Source: Eledone cirrhosa (taxonomy: Eukaryota). Taken from it: a stretch of 64,000 bases of DNA. A program made the translations under genes and the position numbers. The first letter of the stretch is position 1. Every line of letters starts with the position of its first letter. The stretch covers positions 326,058,001 to 326,122,000 of the forward strand of contig OZ024741.1 of assembly GCA_964016885.1 (NCBI GenBank), read 5' to 3'. The notes beneath the pieces are model-generated. The model did no database searches. It was not told the origin of the DNA and saw only the letters and a list, made by a program, of their open reading frames with translations. Shown piece after piece: positions 28,979 through 46,689 of this stretch.

Positions 28979-28984
<6 letters not shown>
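28805..28984 (+). mobile_element. Mini PLE-type terminus: 50-bp hairpin head plus HHR-like motif, in (TA)n
   Basis: Hairpin aattcgttcagcctgtcatgaga/tctcatgacaggctgaatgaatt; acagg-CUGAAUGA-..-GAAA-ccugaa-UA-ccugu. Confidence 0.5.
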
Positions 28985-29010
<26 letters not shown>

Positions 29011-29014
<4 letters not shown>

Positions 29015-30059
29015 TATGAAGAGAGAAGAAACATTTAGATATAATTAGTAATAAAAGGTATCATACCTAAACTGCTCCTAGATTCCTCGACTACGTAATT
29101 TCGCGGCATAAACAAAAACAATACATCATAAAGATATAGAGTCCTTGCGAGGTCTGCCGACTTATCAAGAGGATACCTCATTTTACTAGTCTCAAGAACG
29201 CGTCTACACGACGTGAGAAAGAATCCCAAAAGGCGGAGGGGGAGATAGTCACGCGATATAACGGTCGAGAAACAGAGCTAAGCCTCTTATAACCCCGAAG
29301 AAAATACCACGGAGGCGGAGGGGGTATTTATATCGAAGCCGTAGAAGAGGTGGTGAAGGAGGCGAGAAGTACGAGTAATGGAAGCTTTCCAGCAGTCCCC
29401 ACACTTCAAAGATTGCTCGACCAGAGGGAGTTATTAACAATATATTTAGAAACACACAGATACATGCGGACACACACATATACATGAATGCATCCGCACC
29501 CAACCGTGAGTTAAGGGTGCCAACTTCACCGATGTTGCTCAATGAATGACTGGGACAGACCAATCCGGTTGAACTAGACTGAACCAGTATCAGAGTTAAA
29601 AATACATTATGAAGAGAGAAGAAACATTTAGATATAATTAGTAATAAAATGTATCATACCTAAACTGCTCCTAGATTCCTCGACTACGTAGTTTCGTGGC
29701 ATAAACAAAAACAATACATCATAAAGATATAGAGTCCTTGCGAGGTCTGCCGACTTATCAAGAGGATACCTCATTTTACTAGTCTCAAGAACGCGTCTAC
29801 ACGACGTGAGAAAGAATCCCAAAAGGCGGAGGGGGAGATAGTCACGCGATATAACGGTCGAGAAACAGAGCTAAGCCTCTTATAACCCCGAAGAAAATAC
29901 CACGGAGGCGGAGGGGGTATTTATATCGAAGCCGTAGAAGAGGTGGTGAAGGGGGCGAGAAGTATGAGTAATGGAAGCTTTCCAGCAGTCCCCACACTTC
30001 AAAGATTGCTCGACCAGAGGGAGTTATTAACAATATATTTAGAAACACACAGATACATA

Positions 30060-30060
<1 letters not shown>
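29011..30060 (-). repeat. Direct repeat with 593-bp period (1.8 copies), PLE pLTR-like, each copy with a U3:A8 HHR
   Basis: 29011-29460 is nearly identical to 29604-30053; HHRs at 29084-29173 and 29677-29766; TA flanks. Confidence 0.85.
29677..29766 (-). ncRNA. Hammerhead, U3:A8 core, palindromic stem III (second copy at 29084-29173)
   Basis: uccuc-UUGAUAA-gucggca..ugccac-GAAA-cuacguag-UC-gagga. Confidence 0.7.
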
Positions 30061-30094
<34 letters not shown>

Positions 30095-30302
30095 CGTTTC
30101 TGAATTTGTTTAGCAAGATTCTTTATCTGAAAACGTGTCTTGAAACCGATATTGTTATACTTTGGGAGGGTCATGTTGCCAATAAGAAACACACGCACCA
30201 GTTTCTTTCACTTCAATTTATTATAATAAATTTATAAATTTAGGAATTTATAAATTTCCGGTTGGTTGGTTTGTTCCACAACCAGATGGTTGTTTATATA
30301 TT

Positions 30303-30345
30303 GTCAAACTTCTTTCGTCACACATTCTGTGACCTCTTCAGTGAC
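30303..30345 (-). ncRNA. Minimal type I HHR in the inverted pLTR
   Basis: guca-CUGAAGA-g-gucaca(gaaug)ugugac-GAAA-gaag-UU-ugac. Confidence 0.75.
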
Positions 30346-32487
30346 TGGGGATTCTTTCATATGATGATGTGGACAAATATAATGCAGCCCAACAAAAGGA
30401 CTGCCAACAACTTCCAGGCCTGGAACAATGACGTGCCAGCGTTGTATGGCATTCGAAAAGACCATAAAACGAGCAGTGACCTTGTCACAGAACCACCAAC
30501 AGGGCCAGTCTGTGGAGCTAACATTGCTAGTAACTACAGACTGTCCTACTTCCTCTCCCTGATCATACGCCCATCATAACAAATGTCCCCAGATGTATGT
30601 GACAGCACGGAGGACCTCCTCAGCAGAATCGGCGAGAGTAACCGATCTATGGACCTAACAAACTGCATAATAGGTAGTATGGATGCTGTGTGCCTGTATC
30701 CATCTATTGATGTGGATTTTGCTGTGGAGAAATGCGTGGAAATGATCAGTGAGAGCAATGTTGAATTCCGTGGGATAGATACCAGTGAGCTGGGACTCCT
30801 ACTTAAACTTAGCTATAGTAATAATTATCTAGACACATATGACCTTAGCAACCTGAGCCCTACAAGACCAGCAAGAAGCAGACCACCTACCATTACCTCA
30901 ATGGCCAAGAAAACCCACACAGATAGATGGAACGGGTGGACCAGAGCCATACGAACCCCCGAAAACCACGATGAATTAAAGAAAATGATTTCACATGCGG
31001 TGGGGGCCAGCATAAAATTAACCCTTAAGGAACATATGTTCAAATTTAATGGAAAAACATATGCCCAAGAGGAGGGAGCAGCCATTGGTGTTAGCATTGC
31101 AGGCGACATAGCTAACCTATTCATGGTATGGTGGGACAGTAGACTTAAACTCAAACTTAAAGAACAATTAGAAGACCCCTTAACCCTGATAATGTACTCC
31201 CGCTACGTTGATGATATAAACATCGTAGTTAAAACACCCCACTAGAGAACAGTCAGGAATTAGAGAAAAACACCATGGAAAGCATCCAGCAAATAGCTAA
31301 CTCCATCCACCAGAGTATTAGAGTTACTATAGACTACCCAAGCAAACACCCCAACCATCGATTACCTGTACTAGAGATCTGATTAGATACCATTAATAAC
31401 AAAAAACAAATCCTCCATTCCCATTATGCCAAACCCATGACTTCCAAATATCTGATCCACCGAAACTCAGCTGTTTTGGACCATACCAAAATCAACATAC
31501 TGATTGCGGATTTGGTACGGGTGATGAGAAACGTGTCCCGCATGTGCAACCCCGAAGAACTAGAGAGACACATTCAACACTTCATCCACCGTATGCAGTT
31601 CTCTGGTTACAATCAGAGAGATAAAATCAGAGTGTATAGAGGAGCCAGAACCAAATGGGAAAAAATGGTAAATAATGACACAAATTGGACCTGTCCCTTG
31701 TATAGGAGCAAATTTTGGAATAGAATAGAAAGAACTAGGCTAATAGAATAAACTCATGGTATGATAGCAATAAATACGAGAGTGTAATGTTCATCGATAC
31801 AACCCCTAGAGGTGAATTAGCTTACAAATTTAGAAGGGCCCTAGATAAACATAAACTCAATATTAAGATAGTAGAAAGACCAGGTACCTCCATAAAAAAC
31901 ACTTATTAGCAAGACATACCCTTTTCAAAAACCTCCTGTATAGATAAGAAATGTATAATCGGTAAATTAAGCCCCCATATTAACTGTAAAACTAGAAATG
32001 TAGTATATAGCATAAGATGTACTGAAGGACAATGTAGAGATAAAAATATAGTGTACATAGGTGAGACAGCTCGTAGTATAGGGGAACGGATAACTGAACA
32101 CTGGCGAGACCTTCAAGATAGTAAAGAATCATCTGTACTCTACCAACATGCTAAAATAGAACATAAGGGTAAATTAGAGAACATAGAAATAAACATAGAA
32201 TCTACACACAGAAAAGACGCAATGTGTAGACAAATCACAAAGGCAATAAACATAAATGAATTACAACCAAAATTAAATAGAAAACATGAGTGGAACAGCA
32301 ACATCACAACTTACAATTAAGGACAAAATGAAAACACACACGCACATAGAACAAACAACCAACCAGTAACATGTAAATAAACAAATAAATAAACGAATAT
32401 AAACACACAACACACACCACACACAAAAACAAGATGGCGTAGGACAGAACAAAGGAGAGGAACAAAAAACAAAGAAAAGAATCCCCA

Positions 32488-32530
32488 GTCACTGAAGAGG
32501 TCACATAATGTGTGACGAAAGAACTTTGAC
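32488..32530 (+). ncRNA. Minimal type I HHR in the 3' pLTR
   Basis: guca-CUGAAGA-g-gucaca(uaaug)ugugac-GAAA-gaac-UU-ugac. Confidence 0.8.
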
Positions 32531-32680
32531 AATATATAAACAACCATCTGGTTGTGGAACCAACCAACCAACCGGAAATTTATAAATTCCTAAATTTATA
32601 AATTTATTATAATAAATTGAAGTGAAAGAAACTGGTGCGTGTGTTTCTTATTGACAACATGACCCTCCCAAAGTATAACA

Positions 32681-32798
<118 letters not shown>

Positions 32799-32802
32799 AT
32801 AT

Positions 32803-33300
32803 CAAGATGAAAATCCGATGGCAAGGTAAAATTCCAATCATTTAATCACGACACAGGTTTCAATAAGAGATAGATCGATTGTGAAGCCATGACCGATTAT
32901 CACTGATCTCATAATGTGAAAATGAATTGTCGTTAAATTCTTGATATGAGGGAGGAAAATAACGATGTTCTCTCACAAAATTTATGAGAGAACATCGTTA
33001 TTTTTCTCGTTATTTTTCTCCCTCATATCAAGAATTTGAAGACAATTCATTTTCACCTGATGAGATCAGTGATAATCGATCATGGCACCACAATCGATCT
33101 ATCTCTCATTGAAACATGTGTCGTGATTAAATGATTGGAATTTTATCTTGCCTTCGGATTTTCATTTTGATACTTATACTCCGTTTTACATCATCTAGCT
33201 GTTACCTTGAATGGAATTGGAGATATACAAAAGCTTGGAGAACTTAATATTGCTAACATAAAGTTATTGGACCATTTTACACAACCAACAATGCACCTTA
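32803..33300 (+). mobile_element. Non-coding inverted-repeat PLE-type terminus (arms ~32803-32975 and ~32982-33172)
   Basis: Mirror arms; HHR in the right arm; the left-arm core has decayed to AUUAUGA. Confidence 0.75.
33053..33126 (+). ncRNA. Type I HHR with extended stem II
   Basis: ucac-CUGAUGA-gau..gaua.aucgau../..aucgau.uauc..auu-GAAA-caugug-UC-guga. Confidence 0.7.
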
Positions 33301-33302
33301 CT

Positions 33303-33895
33303 ATATGAAATCGTGTGTCGAAACAAATATTGTTGTACTTGGGGAGGGTCATATGGTTTTAACAATATTGCCAGAAATAATAACAGAACACACTCACTGT
33401 TTGGTTGGTTTTCGCTTCTGTATCTTTTATATATCCACAGTTAATTCATTCGGTCCTCAATGTTTACCACTGACTAACCAACGGTCAACAATACAGATAT
33501 AATATATATATAAACACATATATATAGTCTACCAAAGTTCTTTCGTTGCACAACTGCAACATCATCAGTGGTACTATTATGTTGCTTTTTGTATTGTATA
33601 TCTACGCCATCTTTATACAATACAACAGGAGGAACATAATAGTACCACTGATTATGTTGCAGATGTGCAACGAAAGAACTTTGTTAGACTATATATATGT
33701 GTTTATATCTATATTATATCTGTATTGTTGATCGTTGGTCAGTCAATGGTAAAGATTCAGGACCGAATGAATTAACTGTGGAGATATAAAAGACAGAGAA
33801 GCGAAAACCAACCAAACAGTGAATGTGTTCAGTTATTATTTCTGGCAATATTACAATATTATTACAACAATATGACCCTCCCCAAGTATAACAAT
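33303..33895. mobile_element. Inverted pair of pLTRs of the PLE family at 1-958 (extra end fragment at 34140-34230)
   Basis: 33325-33600 mirrors 33612-33895; shared terminus atgaccctccccaagtataaca. Confidence 0.85.
33530..33573 (-). ncRNA. Minimal type I HHR (mirror copy 33643-33686 has mutated CUGAUUA)
   Basis: uacca-CUGAUGA-u-guugca(guug)ugcaac-GAAA-gaac-UU-uggua. Confidence 0.8.
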
Positions 33896-34102
33896 ATATA
33901 TATATGTTAATTTACAAACACACCGAGCATTATAATAAATGTTCGGTGAATCCATACGTACATATATATATGTGTGCATGAATGTATATATATATACATA
34001 CTACTGTACGTCTGTATACATATATGTATGTACGTGTACATACTTATATTTAAGTAACAGCCGTACTAAGAGTGGGAAATGAAATTTCGTTTCATTTTTT
34101 CC

Positions 34103-34143
<41 letters not shown>

Positions 34144-34228
34144 TTACGTGATGTTTGATATGAAATCGTGTGTTGAAACAAACATTGTTGTACTTGGGGA
34201 GGGTCATATTGTTGTAATAATATTGCCA

Positions 34229-34784
<556 letters not shown>

Positions 34785-34789
34785 AAAGT

Positions 34790-35446
34790 AAATAACAATA
34801 ACAAGGCGTACAGTTACGAAAGGTGTTAGATATTAGAGTGGGGAACATATAATTTGATAACTTTGATAATTGGAAGTAGCTAAACACGCTATCTTGAATT
34901 CGGTTGTCGTAGCAACACTTTCCTATGGTCATGAATCTTAAGTAATGACCGAAAGAATACAATCATGAATACAAGCGGCTGAAATGGGATTCCCCCGAAG
35001 GGTCTTTGGAGTAACGTTACTCGATAAAGTGCGTAACTCGGAGATCAGAGAGTCACTCCAGGTAGAGATCGTACTTCTCCAAACTGAGGGATCACAGATC
35101 CGATATTATGGGTATGTCTCAAGAAAGAATCACTGGACAGAATTTACGAGCAAAACCTACCGTCAAAAGACCCAGGAGTGGACCCCAAGCAAGATGGTTG
35201 GATAACATCTATGAGTTTTGCTGGTTACGATGGGGATCCAGTCGGATCAGTTGGAGCCGGTTGTTTCTGAGAAGACCCGCCTGAGGGATCTTTTGAGGAT
35301 TCTGTCCTCACTCACGACCCTCTCAGGAATAAGTGGGCGAAGAAGAAGAAGAAGAAGAAGAAGAAGAAGAAGAAGAAGAAGAAGAAGAAGAAGAAGAAGA
35401 AGAAGAAGAAGAAGAAGAAGAAGAAGAAGAAGAAGAAGAAGAAGAA
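34790..35446 (+). mobile_element. RTE LINE 3' fragment followed by (AAG)n
   Basis: LSYGHES..IQAAEMGFPRRVFGVTLLDKVRNSEIRESL; small related piece at ~59095-59175. Confidence 0.8.
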
Positions 35447-35479
35447 CTTTGATAGGTTTCGGCCAGTATTGGTCCAGGT

Positions 35480-38400
35480 CATGTCTGACTTAATAGCACC
35501 ACCATGGCACACCCAAGTAGAGAGTTATTGTTTATATCTGAGTGGAGGAGGTTAATACTGAATTTCTTGGACGAATCTGTCCAAAGACGTTTTGAATTTT
35601 TATGGGATCTATTTCTGTTTTAATGTGTAATTCTGGTGTAATGTTAAAGGGAGCGGAACGTGTTGAGGTGAAATAATTGTGCCGTAATGTTGTTATGGGA
35701 TGCGAGTTTCAGTTTTGTTGTGGGCGGATAGCAGGGGACCCAAGCCTTAGTTGTAGTTTAAAGATGCTCCCAAAATCATTTACTTCCCACATCATGCAGA
35801 TAATATAGAGTTCACGGCGACGTTGGGGAGAATAGTGTTTGAGCTTGTGTAGTCGACCCCAATAGTTAAGGCCTCGCATGCCGTCTATCGGTTTTGTGAT
35901 TGGCCTTTGAGGTGCTTCAATTTTCATAATACTTTGTTTCGTATGGGGAGACCACATTGGAAAGCAGTATTAAAGGTTGGTTTGGGCAAAAGTAGAGGAG
36001 AAAGTGATAGCGGTGTGGATATCTCTAAATCTGAGAATCTAGGAACACATTCTGATGGGCATGTCAACTTTGTTGTTTATATGATTGGCCCAGCTTATGT
36101 TGTTATCAACAATTACCACCAATTCTCTGATGTTGGATGCCACGAGTGTTTCACATGAACGCTGGGAATATGAGAGTTTCAGTGCATCCTCTTTACCAAA
36201 GCGGGTGAACTCAAATTTATCATCGTTCAGCAGTATATTTTTTTTCCGCCCATTGGATAACAGCAAGTTGATCTGATTGAAGGCATGTCCGGGTACCCAT
36301 TTCTGGAACTTGGAATCATCTGAAAAGACTCTTATGTTATTGTAATTGATGGCGTCAGTAATGGCATACATAATGAAAAGAAGTGGGCTTAACACAGTGC
36401 CTTGTGGAACGTCACTACTGACGTTGGCGGGGTTTGATTCTACTCATTCGACTACTACATGTTAGGCTCGTTTGATCCATTGCAGTAACATTCCAGAGAT
36501 ACCTATGTTTCATAGTTTCTACCTGTAGAATGTAGTGATCAACCCTGTAAAAGGCCTTGCTGAAATCAAGTTAGTTGACATCAGTGTTGGAGCCCTCTCT
36601 CAAAGCTCTTAAAATGTCATCAAAGTGACGCAGGAGCTGCGATAGGCAGTCCCTTCCGTTACGGAAACCTTGTTGGTTGGAGTCCAGCAGATTGTTGCTC
36701 TCAAGAAAGTGAGTTATTCGTAATCTCACCCCCCTCTCAAATATCTTAATGATATGAGAGGTGAGTGAGATCGGACGGTAATTCAGTTCAAGAGACTTGT
36801 TTTCTTTTATAGAAAACTGGGACCAAATGTTTTCAGCTATATAATCAACATCCAGTGACTCATTTCACAGATTAGCTAGAGAAGATTCAAGTTGGGCAAT
36901 ATCAGGGAACCTATTGGGCCTAGCTGCTGAATTGTGTTTAATTTCGTTTATTGCCGCTAAGACATCAGAAGCACCAAACCTTATGTCCGATATAGTGTGT
37001 TGAGGATTAACATCACTGATACAACCCAGATCAGGCATATCGAGATTGCTGAAAATAGAGCAGTATTGCTTCTGCAGTATCTTACCCATGCTTTTAGAAT
37101 TGTCTAGGGGAGTGCCAATTTCATCAATCAGAGGGCCAACAGTGGTGGCAGTGACCTTGAGGGTTTTCACAAATGAAAGGAACCCTTTGGGATTGATTTT
37201 CTCAATGGCCCATTTCTCCTCAGCTATTCTTTGCTTATTGGTGGACTTCATGAATTGTCGGATGTTATATTTTTGGATTCGAGCAGTGCGGTAGCAGTCA
37301 AATGTGTGTGGTGCTGTTGGCAGTATTTTAGTTTGTTGATTTCTTTTGTCTGTTCTTTTTATTTTTCTGGGGTTTTTTCTGCTTTAGGGGATTCTGCACT
37401 TGCTTTTCTTCACAGATCTTTGTTAGGTGTATTTTTCACATTTGATTGTGACAGTATCTACAAATATCTGCCAAGATGTTTTGATGTCAGTGGAGATGTG
37501 TGCCTATGTGAAAGACTAGTCTACATGTGATTGCTCGTTATTGATTGCATTCTAGTTGGCATTATAAAGATCCATGTTATCAAATGGATGGGATGGATAG
37601 AGGTCATTGGGTTTAGATTTCGGGTGGTGGAATCGCAGGATATAGAGAACCTTGTCATGGTCTCGAAGAAAGGTTTTTCCTCTATATAATGTTAATGTGG
37701 TTAATAATCAATAGGTCCAAAATGATTTTCTGATATTCTGTTGGTGCAAGGACAGGTGGGACAAGAAAAACATATCCATAAAGTTGAGAACTGACCCTAC
37801 TGCTGCTTTGTCAGCGGTTAAGGTGGAAGTTCCTGGTGTCAAACTGTTTGTAGATCAATCAATACAGAATAGATTAAAGTCTCCCATCATAAGTATGTTA
37901 TCAGAATGGCACTGTTGCGTAAAGCTCTTAATGCTATTGAGGCATTCTTTAAAGCGCAGTATGGGCGTTTGGGGTGGCATGTGGAGCCCAACTACTATCA
38001 AATCATTGGCTTTGTTGTGCACGGTGACTGAATCACATTAGCCATTAGAGAATGTGATATTTCTGTCTGCCGTAAAAGAATCATGCAGGAAAATGGCAGT
38101 TCCACCATTCCTTCTGTCGACACATTCCCCGCGGATATTTGTATAATTCTTCACCTTCACTTCGGCTTCCAAGTAGGAGCTGTCGAGATGGGTCTTAGTA
38201 AGGATGAAGAAAGGGACGTGATGTAGATGGTTAGCAACCCCATCCTGAACGAATTGAACCTTCCATTTGCGCATTGATGGAAGGGCTGACACCTTGTGCA
38301 TTGATTAGAAATGTGGACGCTAGAGTAGCGGCTGGTTTTGATTGTTGCAAGGGTCGTGTTCTGTATTTCGGTGTTAGTGACAGCAATGCAGCAATGGGAA

Positions 38401-38930
38401 CGGGTTGGTGCAATGAGGTAGTAGCATAGGATGGTGTTGTGTGATAATTAAAAGGTTCTTTTGTATCACTTTTACCAGGTTCATCATTGGTCAAAATGAG
38501 CTTTCTTGTTTAGAGAGCAGCTTTTAATTGGAAGTGAGGTTGCACTGTTGGATAGGGTCGTACTTTTCCTTTTAGTTGTGTTTTTGTAGCTTTGGGAAAA
38601 GTTTGGACCAGCATTGCTGCAGCAGGGAGCGGATTTTACTGTGGGTTAGGTGTTGGCTTGGAGCCCCATTTCTGTTAGTGCGTCGAGTCACTGGAGGATA
38701 AGTGAAGTAACGGCCACGCTGTTGACAAAGTCTCTCGCGTTGGGATTACCGAGAGATTTAAAAATTCCTAGTTATGTGTGTTTTAGATTTCGATTTGTTA
38801 TTTGGTGGTGTTGATGTTATTGGGAGATGTGTGCGTTGGCTTTGACTGGTAGTGGGCATATGAATTGTGCATCTCGTCCGAGGCAGATATGTGAAGATGC
38901 AGTCATTGCAGGTGTAGAGCCTCTAGCATA
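35480..38930 (-). mobile_element. Decayed CR1-like LINE (APE ~37600-38320, RT ~35700-37000)
   Basis: NAQG..LTKTHL..GGTAIF (APE); NYRPISL, QQGFRNGRDC, DFSKAF, VPQGTVLSPLLF, FSDDSK, WSPH (RT). Confidence 0.85.
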
Positions 38931-39145
38931 GTGAATAACGGCATATTTTGGGGTATCTTGTTTGTGCCCCGTGTGTGTGTGCATTCTGTTTCATAGATTT
39001 TAAAAGATATATATATATATACATAAATATACATGTATAGGTATATATATATATATATTGTCTATATATATTTGTATATATATATGTACATAAATACATA
39101 TGTATACACACACACACATATATATATGTATGTATATATATATAT

Positions 39146-41085
39146 CAGGATAAATTAACGGAGCCATAGGCCCTCGCCATTCCCTGTAAATAATGTGCTC
39201 AAAGGAGAAGAAATCCTGCGCTCTTTAAAATACAATATGTTGAAAAGGTAACACACCAGAGAGAGATATAGAGTGCGCTATCAATAAAACAGGGAAAAAA
39301 ACCACCAGTGTATGGAATCTATAACCTATGAAAGGCAGACTATAGACACGATAATTAAAAATATAAATTAAAGCGTAAATAAATACCTCTATAACTATAT
39401 AACACACGTACAAATCCAAAGAGATCTGTTTCGCCAGTAATTTGTTGACAGAAATTGAGTAACCTCGGATTTATTATCCTTTGAGCACATTATTTACAGG
39501 GAATGGCGAGGGCCTATGGCTCCGTTAATTTATCGTGATATTTCGCTCCTTATAACAGTCTTTCCTATCGCTCTGTTTGGTTGAGCACACTTCTCTGAGT
39601 GGTTTTGGGCTGCCCTTTCTAGCAGCTCGTCCCTCAGAGGCCACTGGTTCACTGCCCTTAAACACGCTGTGTCTTCTCTCTCCCACGTGTAGCTGGACAG
39701 TCACTTTTAAAATTCTCTTAGTGTTGTCTGAAATGTATAGCCTTACACACGCTGAGGAACCGTGGTTATTCCATTCCTGTCAACAAATTACTGGCGAAAC
39801 AGATCCCTTTGGATATGTACCAGTGTTATATAGTTATAGAGGTATTTATTTAAGCTTTAATATATATTTTTAATTATCGTGTCAATAGTCTGCCTTTCAT
39901 AGGTTATAGATTCCATACACTGGTGGTTTTCTCCCTGTTTTATTGATAACGCACTGTATATCTCTGTCTGGTGTGTTTCCTTTTCAACATATTGTATTTT
40001 AAAGAGCTCAGGATTTCTTCTCCTTTGAGCACATTATTTACAGGGAATGGCGAGGGCCTATGGCTCCGTTAATTTATCATGATATTTTGCTCCTTATAAC
40101 AGTCTTTCCTATCTCTCTGTTTGGTTGAGCACACCTCTCTGAGTGGTTTTGGGCTGCCCTTTCTAGCAGCTCGTCCCCCAGAGGCCACTGGTTCACTGCC
40201 CTTAAACACGCTGTGACTTCTCTCTCCCACGTGTAGCTGGACAGTCACTTTTAAAATTCTCTTAGTGTTGTCTGAAATGTATAGCCTTACACACGCTGAG
40301 GAACCGAGGTTATTCCATGTCTGTCAACAAATTATTGGCGAAACAGATGTCTTTGGATTTGTATGTTTGTTATATAGTTATAGAGGTATTTATTACGCTT
40401 TAATTTATATTTTTAATTATCGTGTCTATAGTCTGCCTTTCATAGGTTATAGATTCCATACACTGGTGGTTTTTTCCCTGTTTTATTGATAGCGCACTGT
40501 ATATCCCTCTCTGATGTGTTTCCTTTTCAACATATTGTATTTTAAAGGGCTCAGGATTTCTTCTCCTTTGAGCACATCATTTACAGGGAATGACGAGGGC
40601 CTATGGCTCCGTTAATTTATCATGATATTTCGCTCCTTATAACAGTCTTTCCTATCTCTCTGTTTGGTTGACCACACTTCTCTGAGTGGATTTGGGCTGC
40701 CCTTTCTAGCAGCTTGTCCATCAGAAACCACTGGTTCACTGCCCTTAAACACGCTGTGACTTCTGTCTCCCACGTGTAACTGGACAGTCACTTTTAAAAT
40801 TCTTTTAGTGTTGTCTGAAATGTATAACCTTACAGACGCTGAGGAACCGAGGTTATTCCATTTCTGTCAACAAATTACTGGCGAAACAGATTTCTTTGGA
40901 TTTGTAGGTGTGTTATATAGTTATAGAGGGATTTATTTACGCTTTAATTTATATATTTAATTATCGTGTCTATAGTCTGCCTTTCATAGGTTATAGATTC
41001 CATACACCAGTGGTTTTTTTCCCTGTTTTATTGACAGCGCACTGTATATCTCTCTCTGGTGTGTTACCTTTTCAACATATTGTAT
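39146..41085 (+). repeat. Non-coding tandem array of three ~544-bp HHR-containing units (starts 39478, 40022, 40565) with an inverted partial copy (39146-39470)
   Basis: Repeated cctttgagcacattatttacagggaatggcgagggcc; TA flanks. Confidence 0.92.
40289..40370 (+). ncRNA. Type I HHR, one per unit (also 39745-39826 and 40832-40913)
   Basis: Consensus acacacg-CUGAGGA-a-cc..gg-c-GAAA-cagauc(ucuuug)gauuug-UA-cgugugu. Confidence 0.7.
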
Positions 41086-41130
41086 ATATATATATTATGT
41101 ATATATATTTGTATATATATATGTACACAA

Positions 41131-41310
<180 letters not shown>

Positions 41311-41314
41311 GTAC

Positions 41315-41363
<49 letters not shown>

Positions 41364-41476
41364 CGCAGAGGGATTCCAGTTGCTACTGAACTACTGTTCA
41401 CCTGTCGCATTTCCTGCCATTGCCAGCACAGACTGGAATCAAATTCTGTTAATCGATTGCTTATTGATTAGGTGAG

Positions 41477-41589
41477 ATCTGCTGATGAAGTCACATGCGC
41501 CGATTGTGTAGTATTACATAATAAATGCAGACAATGGATGCTATACGCTCTCTTACTGCATTAAGTGTGGCAGAAATTCGAGTACGGGT
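41477..41589 (+). ncRNA. Type I HHR with long stem II insertion, in a TA/CT-flanked element at 41359-41733
   Basis: aucug-CUGAUGA-a-gucacau..guguggc-a-GAAA-uucgag-UA-cgggu. Confidence 0.6.
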
Positions 41590-41731
41590 ATAAATGAATG
41601 GTATCCATTTACGTGTTATATCGAGACAAACAATTGTGTCTACTGTGGGATTTATACATAACCTTACATATTGAGTACTCTGATATGCAACTGGTACTAG
41701 CACGAAACTTTATGCTACTCCCGCGAACCTC

Positions 41732-45544
<3,813 letters not shown>

Positions 45545-45615
45545 GTATATATATATATGTATATATATATATGTATATATATATATGTATATATATATAT
45601 GTATATATATATATG

Positions 45616-45723
<108 letters not shown>

Positions 45724-46113
45724 CTTTGAAAGGCTAATAAATAATATATATATTAATGTTATATATATATAATATTAGTATGGTATTATATTATTTACTA
45801 GCTTTTCAAAGATAAATGATTTCAGGTTTTCAATGAAAGCAGATTACGCAAATCTTTGAATAATAATTTAACACAGATAATACCGTGAATAGATTATTTC
45901 AGATAAAACAAATGTAATGAATGTTGCGTTGCTTTATTTAATTTAATTATATGCTGAAACAGACAAGATAGTGTTACTGTTATGTGACAATTTAATAGAC
46001 TACATGGAACGCTGTTGCACGATAAATTGTTTAGTTTATACGAAATTTGGCTTCCCTAAGCTTCTCGTTATCAGCATATTCTTCTTCTTCCTGAGCTATG
46101 TTTTATATATATT

Positions 46114-46296
46114 AGTGAATTGGCAGTATCGGTAGAGGGTTGGACGCCATGCTTTCTTACATAGTTTCGTCCCTTTACGGTCTGAGTTCAAGTCCCACCA
46201 CGGGTAACTTTGCCTTTCCTCCTTACGGGGTCGATAAAATAAAGTACCAGTAATGTACTGGGTAATTGCTGCCCTTGTGCGTAAAGTAGAAACAAT
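46114..46296 (+). mobile_element. tRNA-derived SINE
   Basis: Same family as 16562-16742. Confidence 0.88.
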
Positions 46297-46689
46297 TAAA
46301 TCATATTATCTTCAAAAACTAAATGCAAAATTTTATACTACATTATTCCTCAAAACCTATCGAATGTTCATCTTTTTCATTATATCGAGAGAAAGAGAGA
46401 AAGAAAGAGAGAGAAGAGAGCGAGTGAGTGGGTGGTGGAGAGAGAGAGGGGGAGAGAGAGAGACGGAGAAAAAGAAAAGATGAATGGTTAACTTGAAATG
46501 AATTTAAAATCTCACTTTTATCCATATATTCATTACTGAAGAGAAATACACTAATGTACATCTACCCTTACCTAGAATATCTGTTTTATCTCACCTTGAA
46601 ATCACCCTAAACCAGACACAAGGGCCACTTTGAAACAATGGGTTTGTGGAATGAGGCATGCCGTTGTTCCATTCAACAATTATGAACAG

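Noticed and set aside
39478-41085. CRISPR-like or satellite interpretation of the tandem array
   Set aside because: Whole units repeat with no unique spacers; eukaryotic context; no cas genes
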